A stretch of DNA of 56,317 nucleotides, filler included, from Catajapyx aquilonaris (GCA_000934665.2; 3 parts of 3 records of this genome joined end to end with filler, not necessarily neighbours in it); one strand, 5' to 3'; counted from the first letter of the whole stretch, positions 1 to 12,152 are shown. The notes: a model not told the origin generated them from the letters alone. Made by a program: numbers and translations.

Positions 1-137
1 AGATAAGTGGAAAATATTCGATATTTTCCACTTAAATATGTGGAAATAGGTATTAGTGGAAGCCATTTCCACATGAAATAAGTGGAAAAAAATGATCCTT
101 TTTTTCCACTTATATAAGTGGAAACTGAACGAGAGTG
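1..137 (-). mobile_element. Terminus of a CACT-type (CACTA/EnSpm-like) DNA transposon with subterminal repeats
   Basis: Repeated AAGTGGAAA/TTTCCACTT motifs in both orientations end in GAGAGTG followed by TA (minus strand reads CACTCTCGTTC...). It abuts and truncates the Transib ORF. Confidence 0.55.
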
Positions 138-606
138 TAGGGAAAGAAATTGGGACATGTATCCATCCTATGACAGTGTCCAAGAAGCAAAGAAGAGGTG
201 GTTATCCGTCAGAAAGCTGCATTGTTGTGACAGAAACTTCAGCTGAAGTCCAACTTCAGGCACTCCTTAATCATACGGCAACTCGTTTGTGGGAAGCGAA
301 GGATGTAGTTGGAGCGATTCCTGGATTGACTGAAAGTCAACGTCATAACATCGAAATGCTGTGCAAGTGGGGCTGCGACGGAAGCAGTGGACATTCACGT
401 TACAAGCAAAAAGCGAGCACGGAAGGTTTCAGTGACGGTGAGATTTTCATGACATCACTAGTGCCACTTCAGATGTGCGCCCAGGACGAAAGTTCACAGA
501 AGGTGGTGATTTGGCAGAATCCGAGACCTTCATCCACCAGTTTCTGCAGGCCTATCAGGTTTCAATTCAAGAAGGAGACACCAGAAGTTTCTCATGGAGA
601 AAAGCA
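138..606 (+). pseudogene. Transib (RAG1-related) transposase fragment
   Basis: Reconstructs to MYPSYDSVQEAKKR(C)YP...LQALLNHTATRL...KWGCDGSSGHSRYKQK...SLVPLQM...WQNPRPSSTSFCRPIRFQFKKET, the classic Transib/RAG1-core motifs. One frameshift near 199; truncated at both ends. Confidence 0.9.
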
Positions 607-917
607 ACACAGTTATATTTTATCCATTTCCTAATGAGCTGATATGTCCTGAAGACGGGTGTGAGTGTTCGTTAGTGTTAGTAGTAGTAGTCTACAGTGA
701 AACCCGCAAGTTGCACACTCACAGTTCCAAAGAAATGTCCAACATAGAGGCGGGTGTCCAACAACAGGGGTTTTCCTGGAGTAGTAAAAATAGGCGAAAA
801 TTTTATTACACATTTTAGTAGAAAATCTAACAAAAGGAAAAAGTTAGTGATATTTCCATGCTCACCAATGCATGCTGTGAACTACTGATTGCTATACCAT
901 TGATTTCTGTATTTGCA

Positions 918-1720
918 GCAAATCACCAAGAGCTGTCCGATTTGGATGAGGAGCTCCAATTCGATGAAGTTATTTTGACCATTGACCCACCAGCAGTCAA
1001 AAAGGCGAGGACAACTGGAAATAATATTCAGCTAGATAAGGAGGACAGCAGGGATGAAGACGAGGATGATGAAGTGGAGGTAAGTGCTGATGCCTCCAGA
1101 AAACTGAAGAAGAGGCAGGACCACTTGAAATTGGCAGCTGCAACGTCACAGCTGCAAGACGACATTGCCTTTGAGCTGAACAAATCAGTCGCAGAGGCAC
1201 TTCGAAACGCCCAGGATATTTTGGTCAATGATGGTATTGAAAATTATGTTGCACTACCAATAGCAGGTGATCTAGTACCAGTGAAAGACACTGCTCATGA
1301 GGTAGAGCAGATGATGATGAGGCAGGAACTCGCAGAGGCCAAGGAACAAATTGAACTGGAGAAGGAGAATGCCAAGTACAAGCGTGTGCTAAGCCTCGTC
1401 AAAACAGGTAAGAATTCATCAAATGTTTGGTTATTTTATTCCTATGTAAATTTGGATTTCAATCTTTTACAGCTTCGCTTCACATTACCGGGCTCGTTGA
1501 TGAGGACATTTCAACAGTGGCCGACCTGGGTGCAGAATTTATAAGTTCATTTTGTGGACGCTGCATGTGTATAGGAATGTTTCAGTTTAATTTATTGCAG
1601 GCTGATGTGGATGGCACTTCTGCACAACTCCAGGCTCGTCCAGACGGCCAACTGGGACCACAACAACCCCCTCGAGCCAATAATGGGGTGATATTGAACA
1701 AGGTTAGTCGTCCATTCTGA
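918..1720 (+). CDS. Unidentified spliced coding fragment (acidic, coiled-coil)
   Basis: Long open frame with acidic and coiled-coil composition; plausible acceptor (ttgcag, 917), donor (gtaaga, 1408) and further ag acceptors near 1471 and 1600. No family recognised. Confidence 0.4.
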
Positions 1721-2204
1721 ATAAGGTGAATGTCGTATAATCTACCTTGGATATTCCGGCGTGCCGGCCACCCCCGGGTTATACCAGCACGTACCCTAGT
1801 CGACCTCGTTTTATACCGGCATGCCGCATAATACGTATAAATAGGGTAAAAGACTAGAGCCGTCACCGTTGGAATGGACCCAGTGTTCCGTGTGGCACAC
1901 CCTATTTGGGGGATGTAATGCTACAACAGCTTTTTCATGAAGGAGGTACGAAATGCTTATTGTACTGTAGACAGGGCGGATACTTCCGGTCACTGCTAGG
2001 CGTCGTTGCGGACATCCCCGCATTAAGGTGGTTGGGTAGTGAATCTTAAGTCAAATCAGAGCCTGTGAAAAACATTCCAAAAGTTGAACTTAAAATTCGG
2101 AACTAGGGCTCCCTACTTACAAGACTACTTATAATGTCGGAAACTGCACTGATTTTGAGGTATACACTGCAAAATATATTTTTTTGGCGTAGAAACTGAC
2201 ATGG

Positions 2205-3760
2205 TTCAGGCCAGGGTAACCTACATGGTTGCCTCCCCCACCCTAGAGAGGGTACTGTCTCCACGTAGTCCTTATGGGGCGGCCATATTGGAACTTGATT
2301 TCCGGCGGGATTTCAAATTTCAATGCTGCAGTATAGGAAATTGGCAATAGTTTAATGTTTTTTTTCACGGACATTTTTGGATATTCAGTGGAAGTGAAGT
2401 ATGGAAACTTGAGATAACCTACTTACACATGCATACGAAAGCCCCTTCTCTTCACTGCACTCCTGCCCTCCTCCCCAGGGGCCCTATTGACAATGAGTAA
2501 AAGTAAAAGCGAATCCATGCGATATGAGGATTGTCTGTTGTTGTATTATTATAATTATCATTATTATTATCATTATAATTTTTATTATAATTTTATTATA
2601 ATTATCATTATAATTTTTATTATAATTATCATTATTATCATTATTATTATCATTATAATTTTTATTATAATTATCATTATAATTATCATTATAATTATCA
2701 TTATAATTTTTATTATAATTATCATTATTATCATTATTATCATTATTATTATAATTATCATTATTATCATTATCATTATTATCATTATTATAATAATTAT
2801 AATTATAATTATTATAATAAATATAATATATAATAAAATATAATAAATTTGAACAATGATTGTGTAGTAATAATGATAATGATAATGATAATTATCATTA
2901 TTATCATTATAATTATCATTATTATCATTATAATTATCATTATTATCATTATAATTATCCTTATTACTACACAACCATTGTTCAAATGGCGTACATGCCA
3001 TCAGGGACACTGTGGCGCCATTTCCGCCGACATTCTCAGATAGTGTGTCAGTGTCTTTGAGAGTAACCCTTATTGTTTCTTCCTGAAAAGAAAATGCCCC
3101 GGGATCTAGGGTTCTTCAAGTAAGTATAATAATAATAATGATAATAATGATAATTATAATGATAATAATAATGATAATGATAATGATAATAATAATGATA
3201 ATTATAATAATGATAATTATAATAAAAATTTTAATGATAATTATAATGGTAATAATAATGATAATTATAATGGTAATAATAATGATAATTATAATGATAA
3301 TTATAATGGTAATTACAATGGTAATTATAATGATAATTATAATGATAATGATAATTATAATAAAAATTATAATGATAATAATAATAATGATAATTATAAT
3401 AATACAACAACAGACAATCCTCATATCGCATGGATTCGCTTTTACTTTTACTCATTGTCAATAGGGCCCCTGGGGAGGAGGGCAGGAGTGCAGTGAAGAG
3501 AAGGGGCTTTCGTATGCATGTGTAAGTAGGTTATCTCAAGTTTCCATACTTCACTTCCACTGAATATCCAAAAATGTCCGTGGAAAAAAACATTAAACTA
3601 TTGCCAATTTCCTATACTGCAGCATTGCAATTTGAAATCCCGCCGGAAATCAAGTTCCAATATGGCGGAGAGACAATACCCTGTCTAGGGTAGGACGGCA
3701 CTCATGTAGGTTACCCTGGTCTAGGGTGAGGACGGCACTCATGTAGGTTACCCTGGTTCA
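2205..3760. repeat. Long internal palindrome with ATT/ATC microsatellite inner arms
   Basis: 2282-~2560 is a near-perfect inverted copy of ~3390-3666. Looser homology extends to ~2205 and ~3760, the inner arms are (ATT/ATC)n versus (AAT/GAT)n, and a unique spacer lies at ~2970-3120. Confidence 0.92.
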
Positions 3761-4002
3761 GGCAGGTCCGAGCAGGCTTGCCAACCTTGATGAGCCTGTG
3801 GCCGATATGTTTGACATGATCTAAAAAGGCCTCAATATGGCCTTAGCATCCTGAAATGGACACTCAATTGAACGTACGAACCAAATGCAACAAATATGTC
3901 CGTCATACTTTAACAATATTCGACATTATTAGCGTCCCTTTGCGGCACCTTTTTGTGCGTAGGTTGGTAGTGAGGTCCGGCAACAGCGCAATCCCTTCCA
4001 AA

Positions 4003-7000
4003 ATGGCGGCCCCCATCCGAAGCCGGTCCGGTCGTTTTGCAAAGCAAAGTTTCCTTGCAAGAGCATCGAAAGCGGCCAAGGCGAGGTGGGACCCAGGAGA
4101 TGGGCCAGCAGATGGGCCAGGAGATGTTCTTTCTGATGGCAACAAGTGCGTCGTTGAGGGTCGCCGGATCATTGACATGGGTGTTGTCAGTGACGGCATG
4201 TGGTGTGGACTTTGCAAAAGAGGCCTGTGTTTTCGGGACGTAGAAAAGGAACAGTCACGGGGTCTGGCTGCGATTTGGACGGTTCGCTGCCCGACTTGCC
4301 TGGACTTGAAGGAAGTGCACACTTCAAGGACTTACGTGGGCCAAGGGAATTCACGTGCACGGCATGTGGTGAATGGCAAGGCTGCTTTTGGTAAGCACAT
4401 CCATTATGGTTTATTTACTGCTGCATTCACCAATAACACTAGGTCTATTCGTTTATGGGCTGGTGTAGCACTAGTGTAGCACTGGTGTGACACCAGTACA
4501 AGCACTGCAGTAAATTTATTCCAGTGTAAGCTCAGGTGCACGCTCTGATTGGACAGTGCAGGCCAGTGCATCATTACACCGGCCTTGCATTGGCCCTTAC
4601 ACTACACTGGCCGATAAACTAATGGACTTTACTGTTCAGCACGGTTTCAGCCATATGGAACATTGATGGTGTACGTAATAGAAGTTTTTATGCTGAATTC
4701 AAATATGCAGTTGGAATCTTTTTCTGTGACCCACAGTCCTTCTATTGCTACAGTACATTTTCCATTGGACAAACGTTTTAACTATTTTCACAGTCAGGCT
4801 ACTGATCCATAATGCACTAATAATAATAATAATAATGTTTGTTTCAACAGGAGTGATTGATTCTGGGATAGGCCCCACCCAACTAAACACCTTTCTGACA
4901 GCCTTGAACATCCCTGCAATTTCTTCAAAAACCCTACAAGTAGCAGAGAAAGATGTTGGGCCAGGTCTTGTGGCAGTTGCGGAGGAAAGCTGTAGAGATG
5001 CCCTATTACTTGAAAAAGATCTAACTCTGCAGAACCCATTGTAAGTATCTTGTTCTTTGACTTTTAAAAGAATAATAATTAATAATGCCATGGTTACATC
5101 GGCGTATTTAAGGGGGGGGAGGGGTGTGTGGGTGGGTGTGTGGCACAAACATGTGTCAATTTCTAGGTGAGGGTGGCTGTAATAATATTTATCGCTATTG
5201 AATTCACTGCATTTTTTGAAGTGATGAATGTCTGATGGCACAAACCTGTGAGCATGGGTCATAGTGGTGTTCTGACCTCCGGTCTTAGTTTTATAACCCA
5301 TGTGGACCAATATTGGCTCACAGCATACACCAGCTAATTCCTTTTAAAAATACGATAAATGCCTGATGCAAATCGAATTGCACTTTATTAAAAAGAATTG
5401 GTTAGTTCTTGGAATTCGTGACATGAACCACATGCAAGTTTCAATGTGATTCCCTTGCCTTCTTCTATTTCAGGCCTTTACAAGAGCCTGATCCTGAGGG
5501 TCCTGATGGTTCTGTCCCAATCGCAGTGTCCTTCGATATGGGTTGGGGGAAACGGGGAAATGGAAGGACTTATGACAGTTTGACGGGGCATGCCGCAGTA
5601 ATAGGTTTTCATTCAAAGAAGATTGTGGGTTACACAACCAAAACAAGAAAATGTAAGATGTGTGATCGTGGAGTGCCACAGGAAAACCACCAGTGCATGG
5701 GTGTCTTTCAGGGCAGCGCCAAAGCCATGGAGCCAGCAGCTGCAGTGGATCTTTTGACAGAAAAAAACAAGAATTTGGAGGAGGCAAATGTGCGAGTAGC
5801 AGTGCTCATAGGTGACGATGACAGTTCGACAATAGCAGCAGTCAGGAGCAACAGTCATGGGCCAATTACAAAGTGGTCCGATTTGAACCATGCATCAAAA
5901 GGACTGAGCAATTTTTTGTGGGGGTTGAGGCAAAAACATAAGGTGCTGAATCCCAGAACAATAGAGTATTTAAAGTCATGCTTCAGCCATGCCCTTTCAC
6001 AGAACAGGAATGACACGGAAGGAACCTCAGATGCAGTGACAAACATAGTGAATCATGTATTTGGTTCCCATGAGAAGTGTGGCAGTTGGTGTCGGTACCT
6101 GCAGGATCCCACCACCTACAAACACCGTGGACTTCCTGGAGGTCATGATCTGGAAGGAGAGGAACTACGAAAGGACCTGCAAGACATTTTTAGCAGATTT
6201 GCCAAGAATGCAGGGAGACTTTCTCCAGGGGCATCAACTCAAGCCAATGAAAACTTTAACAACATGGCTGTAACCAAGGCACCAAAGAATAAGTTCTATG
6301 GAGGGAGTGGGAGTTTGCATAGGCGGGTTTCGGCGGCAGTGAGCCAGAAGAACATCGGAACCATTCATGCTGTCGCAACTTACCAGAAGCTTGGTTTGTC
6401 TCCTGGATCTGTGACTGAACAATACCGGAGAAGAAAGGACCAAGTGAGAAGGTGCAGGCAAGAGAAGATGGGGACAAAAGAAGTGAAAGCCCGACGGCTC
6501 TTCCTGAAGAAGACCAGGGCAATGATGCGTCGCGGAAAGGAGCAGAGGGAAGGAGTATCATACATGGCTGATTCAGGCTTTCTCCATTCCAGCACTTCGC
6601 CACATCCTAGCCATGACATTGTGTCACGGCCAATACCAGGTGACAGCAAAGTTGTGTTTTTTGATTTGGAGACAACTGGGTTTGGGGCCTCATCTGAAAT
6701 TGTACAGGTAGCTGCTAAATGTGCAGGCTCTTTCGAGCCCCCTTTCAGTGTATATGCATTGCCAGTGAAGGGGATACCAAAGCTTGTCATCAGTGACAGG
6801 ACTCACCAAATGTGACGATGAGCTGTTGCTGCATGGGCAGATAGTACAAACTTCTGATTTGAAGAGTGCCTTGAAGCTGTTCCTGAGTTTCCTCAGGCAA
6901 GTGGGGAAACCTATTGTGCTGGTTGGGCACAACTGTGACACATTTGACATCCCGCGTCTGTGGCGTGCACTATGCTCTTTTCACTTGGAGAGTGAATTTT

Positions 7001-7515
7001 GTGGTTTCATTAGTGGTGTCACTGACACATGCAAAGTACTTAAAGCCCTTCCTAAGGAAGACAGTACGAAATGGGAAAAGCAGTCATCATACAAGCAGTC
7101 TGCTCTCGCAGAAAAGTTTGTTTCAGGATACAATGCCACAGGAGCCCATGAAGCCGCTGCCGACGTCAGGACTCTGGAGCAGATATGTGATGCGCTGCAG
7201 CTCACCCAGATGCTTGTGCATAGGGCTTCTTCAATTGGTGATGTAGTTGAAAGGCAGGTCAGGCGTGACAGGCAAGCCAAAAATGGCCCAAGCCTTCAAG
7301 GTCTGATTGGGATTATATCAAAAGGGATGGTAGCTAGGTTGGCTGGAGCAGACATTCCACTGTCCAAGTTGTTTGACAGCTACCAGTGTGGTGGACCACA
7401 AGGGATAAAAATGCTGTTGGGGGAAAACATTGGTGATGGAAGGCCCCGTGTAACAAAATCAAGACAGGTCATACAAAAAATTGTGAATTTTTTCAATGGA
7501 AAAATGAAATGTTGA
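4003..7515 (+). CDS. Kolobok-type DDE transposase fused to a DEDDh 3'-5' exonuclease and PML-C-like domain (3 exons, one frameshift)
   Basis: Exons 4003-4390, 4851-5040 and 5474-7515 join in phase via GT-AG introns (~870 aa). N-terminal CxxC...CxxC; triad SFD / IGDDD / QANE; HxxxxHxxCxxxC motif; exonuclease motifs VFFDLETTG, LVGHNCDTFDIP and AHEAAADV; C-terminal GRPRVTKS. Frameshift at ~6785; AATAAA at 7577. Confidence 0.85.
4441..4628. mobile_element. Small MITE-like inverted repeat in intron 1 of the Kolobok gene
   Basis: GGTCTATTCGTTTATGGGCTGGTGTAG pairs imperfectly with CTACACTGGCCGATAAACTAATGGACT. Confidence 0.5.
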
Positions 7516-10121
7516 TGTTTGTTATATTTATGAGCATGCCCTATGGCACAGATACCAATAATGTTAATTATGAGAAAATAAATGTCAATTTTTCAGGCCA
7601 AACAAGGTTTTCTATTTTAAATCTGTGATCGAATGTTTTTGTCCTGCAGTTTGTTGACTGTCACCAAGGAAAAAGAGGTACTGTACGGTAGCCTAAATAT
7701 GGTCATCATGCAAGGAAGTGTATCGTCAGGGAATATAAAGGGAGTCCATACTTACAGAACTGTGATTATCACCTTAAAATTGCCATAATCAAATATTTTT
7801 GTGGTAGAAATCTTCAAAGGTACTATGGGGACAATGGAAACAGGACACTCTCCAGTGGCTGGCCACATCAAGTTGGTGTCCTATGGCTAAATTATGCATG
7901 CTTATCAACAAGGCAACAAAATTAGCCCTAATGGATGTTTTGTGTCATAATATAGGAGTAAATTATTTTATAATGCCATGTAATAAGTGCAAATGCACCA
8001 GCAAAGCGAGGTTTTTATTATCAGCTTATTTAAACTGCTAAAGACACTGGAAAACTGCAGGTTAATGTGCGCTTTTAGAATCGATGAATATTATTAACGC
8101 ATATCGATAATAATCTGCGTATCGATAATCTGCATATCGATACGGCACCCCCTCCGGCGGCGCGGCGTTGCCGCTTCGTACATCCCGCTAGTGCACTACG
8201 TCCAGTTAATTGATACTTACGGCTGAACGGAGCCGGTGACATTGCGATTTTCTGCGGCTAATTAACTCTACGCAGTTCAAGCTTTAAAGTGAATAGTTTT
8301 TTTGTAAATATTATAGCATTTTAAAGTTAGATTTTTGGCATTTTTTGCTGTTTCTGGCCGTTTTCCCATAAGGACAATGATAAAATTAGCTATGTATAGG
8401 TGTCGGTGGTTCAATAAATTGACCGGTAAGTACCCTTTTTTATGGGTTTATTTTAAAGAGCACACTTTTTTTTCTGTAAATCGTGCAATTTTCATGAACT
8501 TCTTAGGATGTGGCCATAACTACCCAACCACCTTAAGAGGGGTGTGGAGTGGTCGGTGTAGCGGTGTGTCCAACATTCTCACATAGGCGTTCTTCTCCAT
8601 CCATGAGGGTCTTACACGGAGGGAAGGATTGAAACGGAGTGGTCAACGAGCGGGATTGTGCCCGTTGGGGAAAAAGGAGAAAAAGGATGTGCGTAACCAT
8701 GGTCAATAGCCAACAACGACAACGATGTGCCAATCCCACTTCTGACACCACTGTGACCGTACGTACACGTGGGTGCACCAAATAAAATGCGTTGTAGTGA
8801 CAACAGTATGTATTCACGCTATGACTCTTACAGGTGGGGTTGAAGGGAACAGGGTGGTGACCAGCGCGACTGGCCTTGTTGGTAGTAGGTAGTGACCAGG
8901 GCGACTGGTCACGAACAACAGTCGGACAGGCCTTACATAGGCGAAAACCGCGAGGCATGATGGTAGAAATAGCAGATAAGACAGTAATCCAGAAGGGAGA
9001 TTGCACAGTGAAATATATGTGGACATACAAAAGTGAAACAGGGTGATACGCGGTCTTGGTATACATAGTTGTCAACCTTAAAATTAAACAGGTCATCAGT
9101 GCTGTCACAATAGCAAAATGTTTCTCTAAATGTGGGGGGGGGGGGGGGGGGAAANAGGACAACGCTTTTCCCGATTCTTAGGACACAAGCAACCGGACTC
9201 ACATAGTCACCTCGCAGACTCAAAAATCGTGTTGACTACTTTTATCGACATAATGGCTTCCAGAAAGGGTTAATTTTACATGATACATCTTGGGTTACAT
9301 CCAATGGCCGACAATAACTTCCTGTTCAAACTGGCCATAGGTTATGCACTATTACATTTTTAGACATTTACACACAGTTTTAATTGCAGATTGTCGATAG
9401 CAATGAAGAAGCCATGATCACATCTGTTGAGCCAGCAGTTTCTGCTGAAGATGCCCTTAAAGAGCTATCTGTAAGATTCTCTCTACGTTATATATTCTTT
9501 GATATATGATCACTACTGTACATAACATACTGTCTCTCTTTCTTTCCCCCTCCCCCTCTCCCCTTAAAAATTAACCTCCACAACTCTTGAAGATATTGGA
9601 AACATGCTGGAAAACCTCGACGGTTAAGAGGGAGAAATTTTAAATGCTCCTGAGAGCATCATTTGCAGAGAGAAACAGGAATCCTCCCCATTCCTTGCCA
9701 GTGTTTCTGTGCCAAGAAGAAGGGGTACGCATGTTTCCTGTTTTGAAAATCTAAGTTATTGCTGTTCCAAATGTTAACCTCTTTTATCTTCTTTGTAGCT
9801 AACTATAGAGGCCGAGATATGGTTTCAAAAGTCAATGGATGATTTGGAAAAGCATTGCGGGCAAGTGATTGAGAACCTGAACAGGTCACTCAATACGGCA
9901 ACCATAATGAGCCTTCATGACGTGGAGAAGTACCTGCGCTCTCCGCGCTCCATTCCTGACCTGCTCATCGTGGCATGTAAATTGTTATATACTTGTACAA
10001 CCCTATATAATACAAAAGTATTGGCCCAACTGGGGAGGATGAGGGGGGGGGGGGNNNNNNNNNNNNNNNNNNNNNNNNGGGGGGGGGGGGGTGTTACGGA
10101 AAACAGGCCAATGAAAAGCCT

Positions 10122-10395
10122 GTATTAAAGTTAGAGTGGCATGCACATAGGCAGACATGGGAAGGAATAAACGTACGCATGTGCCAAGCACAATTTCATT
10201 TGCAAGTCAAACAGAAAATAATCCCCCTGGTTCAACTCATTTGACTCACATCATGCAGCGGGGCACTACTTTTACAGAGCTGCCATTATTTTCTGTTTGA
10301 CCTGCAATTTATATTGTCCTCGGTACATACCTGTACAGGTTTATGTCTTCGTGTGATCTACCTGTGCGTGACATGACTCCAACTGGATTTTATAT
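10122..10395. mobile_element. Degenerate MITE-like hairpin
   Basis: TTGCAAGTCAAACAGAAAATAAT (~10200) pairs with ATTATTTTCTGTTTGACCTGCAA (~10285-10307); weaker pairing extends outward. Confidence 0.5.
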
Positions 10396-10889
10396 GGGTG
10401 GACCAATACTTTTGCGCCTTACATTTTTGTATTCTGCAATGTGGTTAAGATGTGCATCATAGATCCATATATATCTGAAATGTTGGTATTTTTTTCGTAG
10501 GAGGCGAAGGATGATGTACATGATGGTCTTCCCGACCCCAGCAACAATATTTCTTTGTAGCCTCTATACTCATAATGTTGTTCAGTTGTAACTGAAGGAT
10601 TTTGCTGTTTCGTATTTTGTATTTTGTAGCTACTTTGCACCTGTAACAAAATCATTTGGTACCTAGAGCCGCTGGCCGAGGTTGGTCTCGTGTGAACACC
10701 TACTTTTGCGTTCATGGTCCAAACGTGGTTCGTGGTCTGTCGGACCACGAACTTCGTGGCTCGTGTGAAGGGCCTCATTGGCGACTGCTAAGAAACCACG
10801 TTTTCGTATTGGTTTTGTATCCGGGATCCAACAGATAAAAGGGCTAGGTCGAGCTATCTCCCTCCACCAAAAGCAATCAGGCGCCAGAA

Positions 10890-11118
10890 GGGTGACATAA
10901 GTAAAAGGAACAATGAATAACCATGCGAAATCCAGAAGCGTAACAGATTTACACATAAGATACGCGTAAAAGACTATCAGCGTAAGAGATTTACACGTAA
11001 AGCAAGTGTAAAATATTATTAGTGTAAATAGTTTCCACATAAGGTAAGTGTAAAAAAAAAAAAACGCTTTTTTTTACGCTTATTCAAGAGTAAAGTATGC
11101 GTAAAAGAGCTAAGAGTG
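10890..11118 (-). mobile_element. Terminus of a CACT-type (EnSpm-like) element with subterminal repeats
   Basis: Repeated GCGTAA/GTGTAAA/TTTACAC motifs end in AAGAGTG followed by TA (minus strand CACTCTTAGC...). It abuts the Sola1 fragment. Confidence 0.5.
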
Positions 11119-11505
11119 TATGGCTTCGGGAGGACACCAGTTGATCAATGCAGCACATGTGAGGCGATGAAGAGTGACTGCTCGCGCAAGATCTCCTGCC
11201 TTGGCAGCTCGACTGCAACGTATGCATCTGAGGCACAGGTGTCATGCGAAGATTTTTTATGATCGCATGAAGTGTCAACAGGCTGCAGAGAGACACAGCA
11301 GAGAGACACAGCAGAATCTTCCAACACCTGACCTTAGAGTGCCAGAAGTGTTTTACCTGAGACAGCTATGGGTGAATAACTTTGGTGTCCACAGTTTTAC
11401 CGACAATACGTCTCACATGTACATGTACTCTGAGATGGAAGCCAAGAAAGGATGCTGCGAAGTTTCCAGCATGCTCTTGCATCATATAGAAATCGTCAAA
11501 AATTG
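11119..11505 (+). pseudogene. Sola1-type transposase fragment
   Basis: YGFGRTPVDQCSTC, then after a frameshift QQNLPTPDLRVPEVFYLRQLWVNNFGVH...MYMYSEMEAKKGCCEVSSML; both match Sola1 transposase motifs. Confidence 0.75.
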
Positions 11506-12151
11506 TAAGGTGTCGAAAACCTATATTGTCATACCTTATTCAAACCAGGCATGTCAAAAGTATCTCTAGCGACTAGCGTGATAACTTAAACAGGTTTTTC
11601 TTAATGTACACATGGGTTCCCGTGGTCCTGTTTGTGACGTGCCAGGGAGGAATTGAGTATGAAAATATAGGTTTTCCACACCACAGATTTCATATTTGCA
11701 GTCAAAAATGCAACATTCGGCATATTTGGAAAAATTCCCGGATTATTGTTAATGTCGACTTCCACCATCCAGGGGTAGGCCCCAGGCAAGCAGATTAGGA
11801 AGGGCCTACTTATCAGTAGTCACCTACCCAAGTAGTCCCAGACCAGGATCTGCTTCCCATGTACAAGTTGTCGCAATCCTTCTATTTATGGACTTCCCAG
11901 TAAAGCATTTCTTCTGAAAAGAGATTACCTTGAGATGCATTATCTCTGAAACAACTGGTTGGTGCAAGTATGACGAAAGTGGACTATATAAGGGGTCAGT
12001 GCTGTATGCTACATCCCATTTCTCTGAGGCTGCTGCCATAGAGAAGTACCTGCATTCTATCTTCTGACTGTGCTGGTTATCTGCCGCACGGTCAGTATAT
12101 TCTGTTCTTTCAGCCTAACTCGCTGTTGCTCCTGCTGCTGCTGCCGTTTCT

Positions 12152-12152
<1 letters not shown>

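Larger units (their letters stand above)
2023..8536 (+). mobile_element. Complete Kolobok-type DNA transposon (~6.5 kb)
   Basis: TTAA-GGTGGTTGGGTAGT at 2023-2040 is the exact reverse complement of ACTACCCAACCACC-TTAA at 8519-8536: TTAA TSD, GG termini and 14-bp TIRs enclosing a DDE transposase gene. Confidence 0.88.

Noticed and set aside
92..634. RAG1 or ProtoRAG gene
   Set aside because: Only a frameshifted core fragment with Transib-type motifs; no RING, RAG2-like partner or TIRs are visible.
2487..3464. Poly-Ile, poly-Asn and Tyr/His-rich ORFs
   Set aside because: Translations of ATT/ATC microsatellites; the same applies to ORFs over 12153, 45850, 51022 and 52530.
5526..6815. Mutator/MULE classification of the transposase
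   Set aside because: The TTAA TSD and short GG-terminal TIRs fit Kolobok; MULEs make 9-11-bp TSDs. piggyBac is excluded by the termini and protein motifs.
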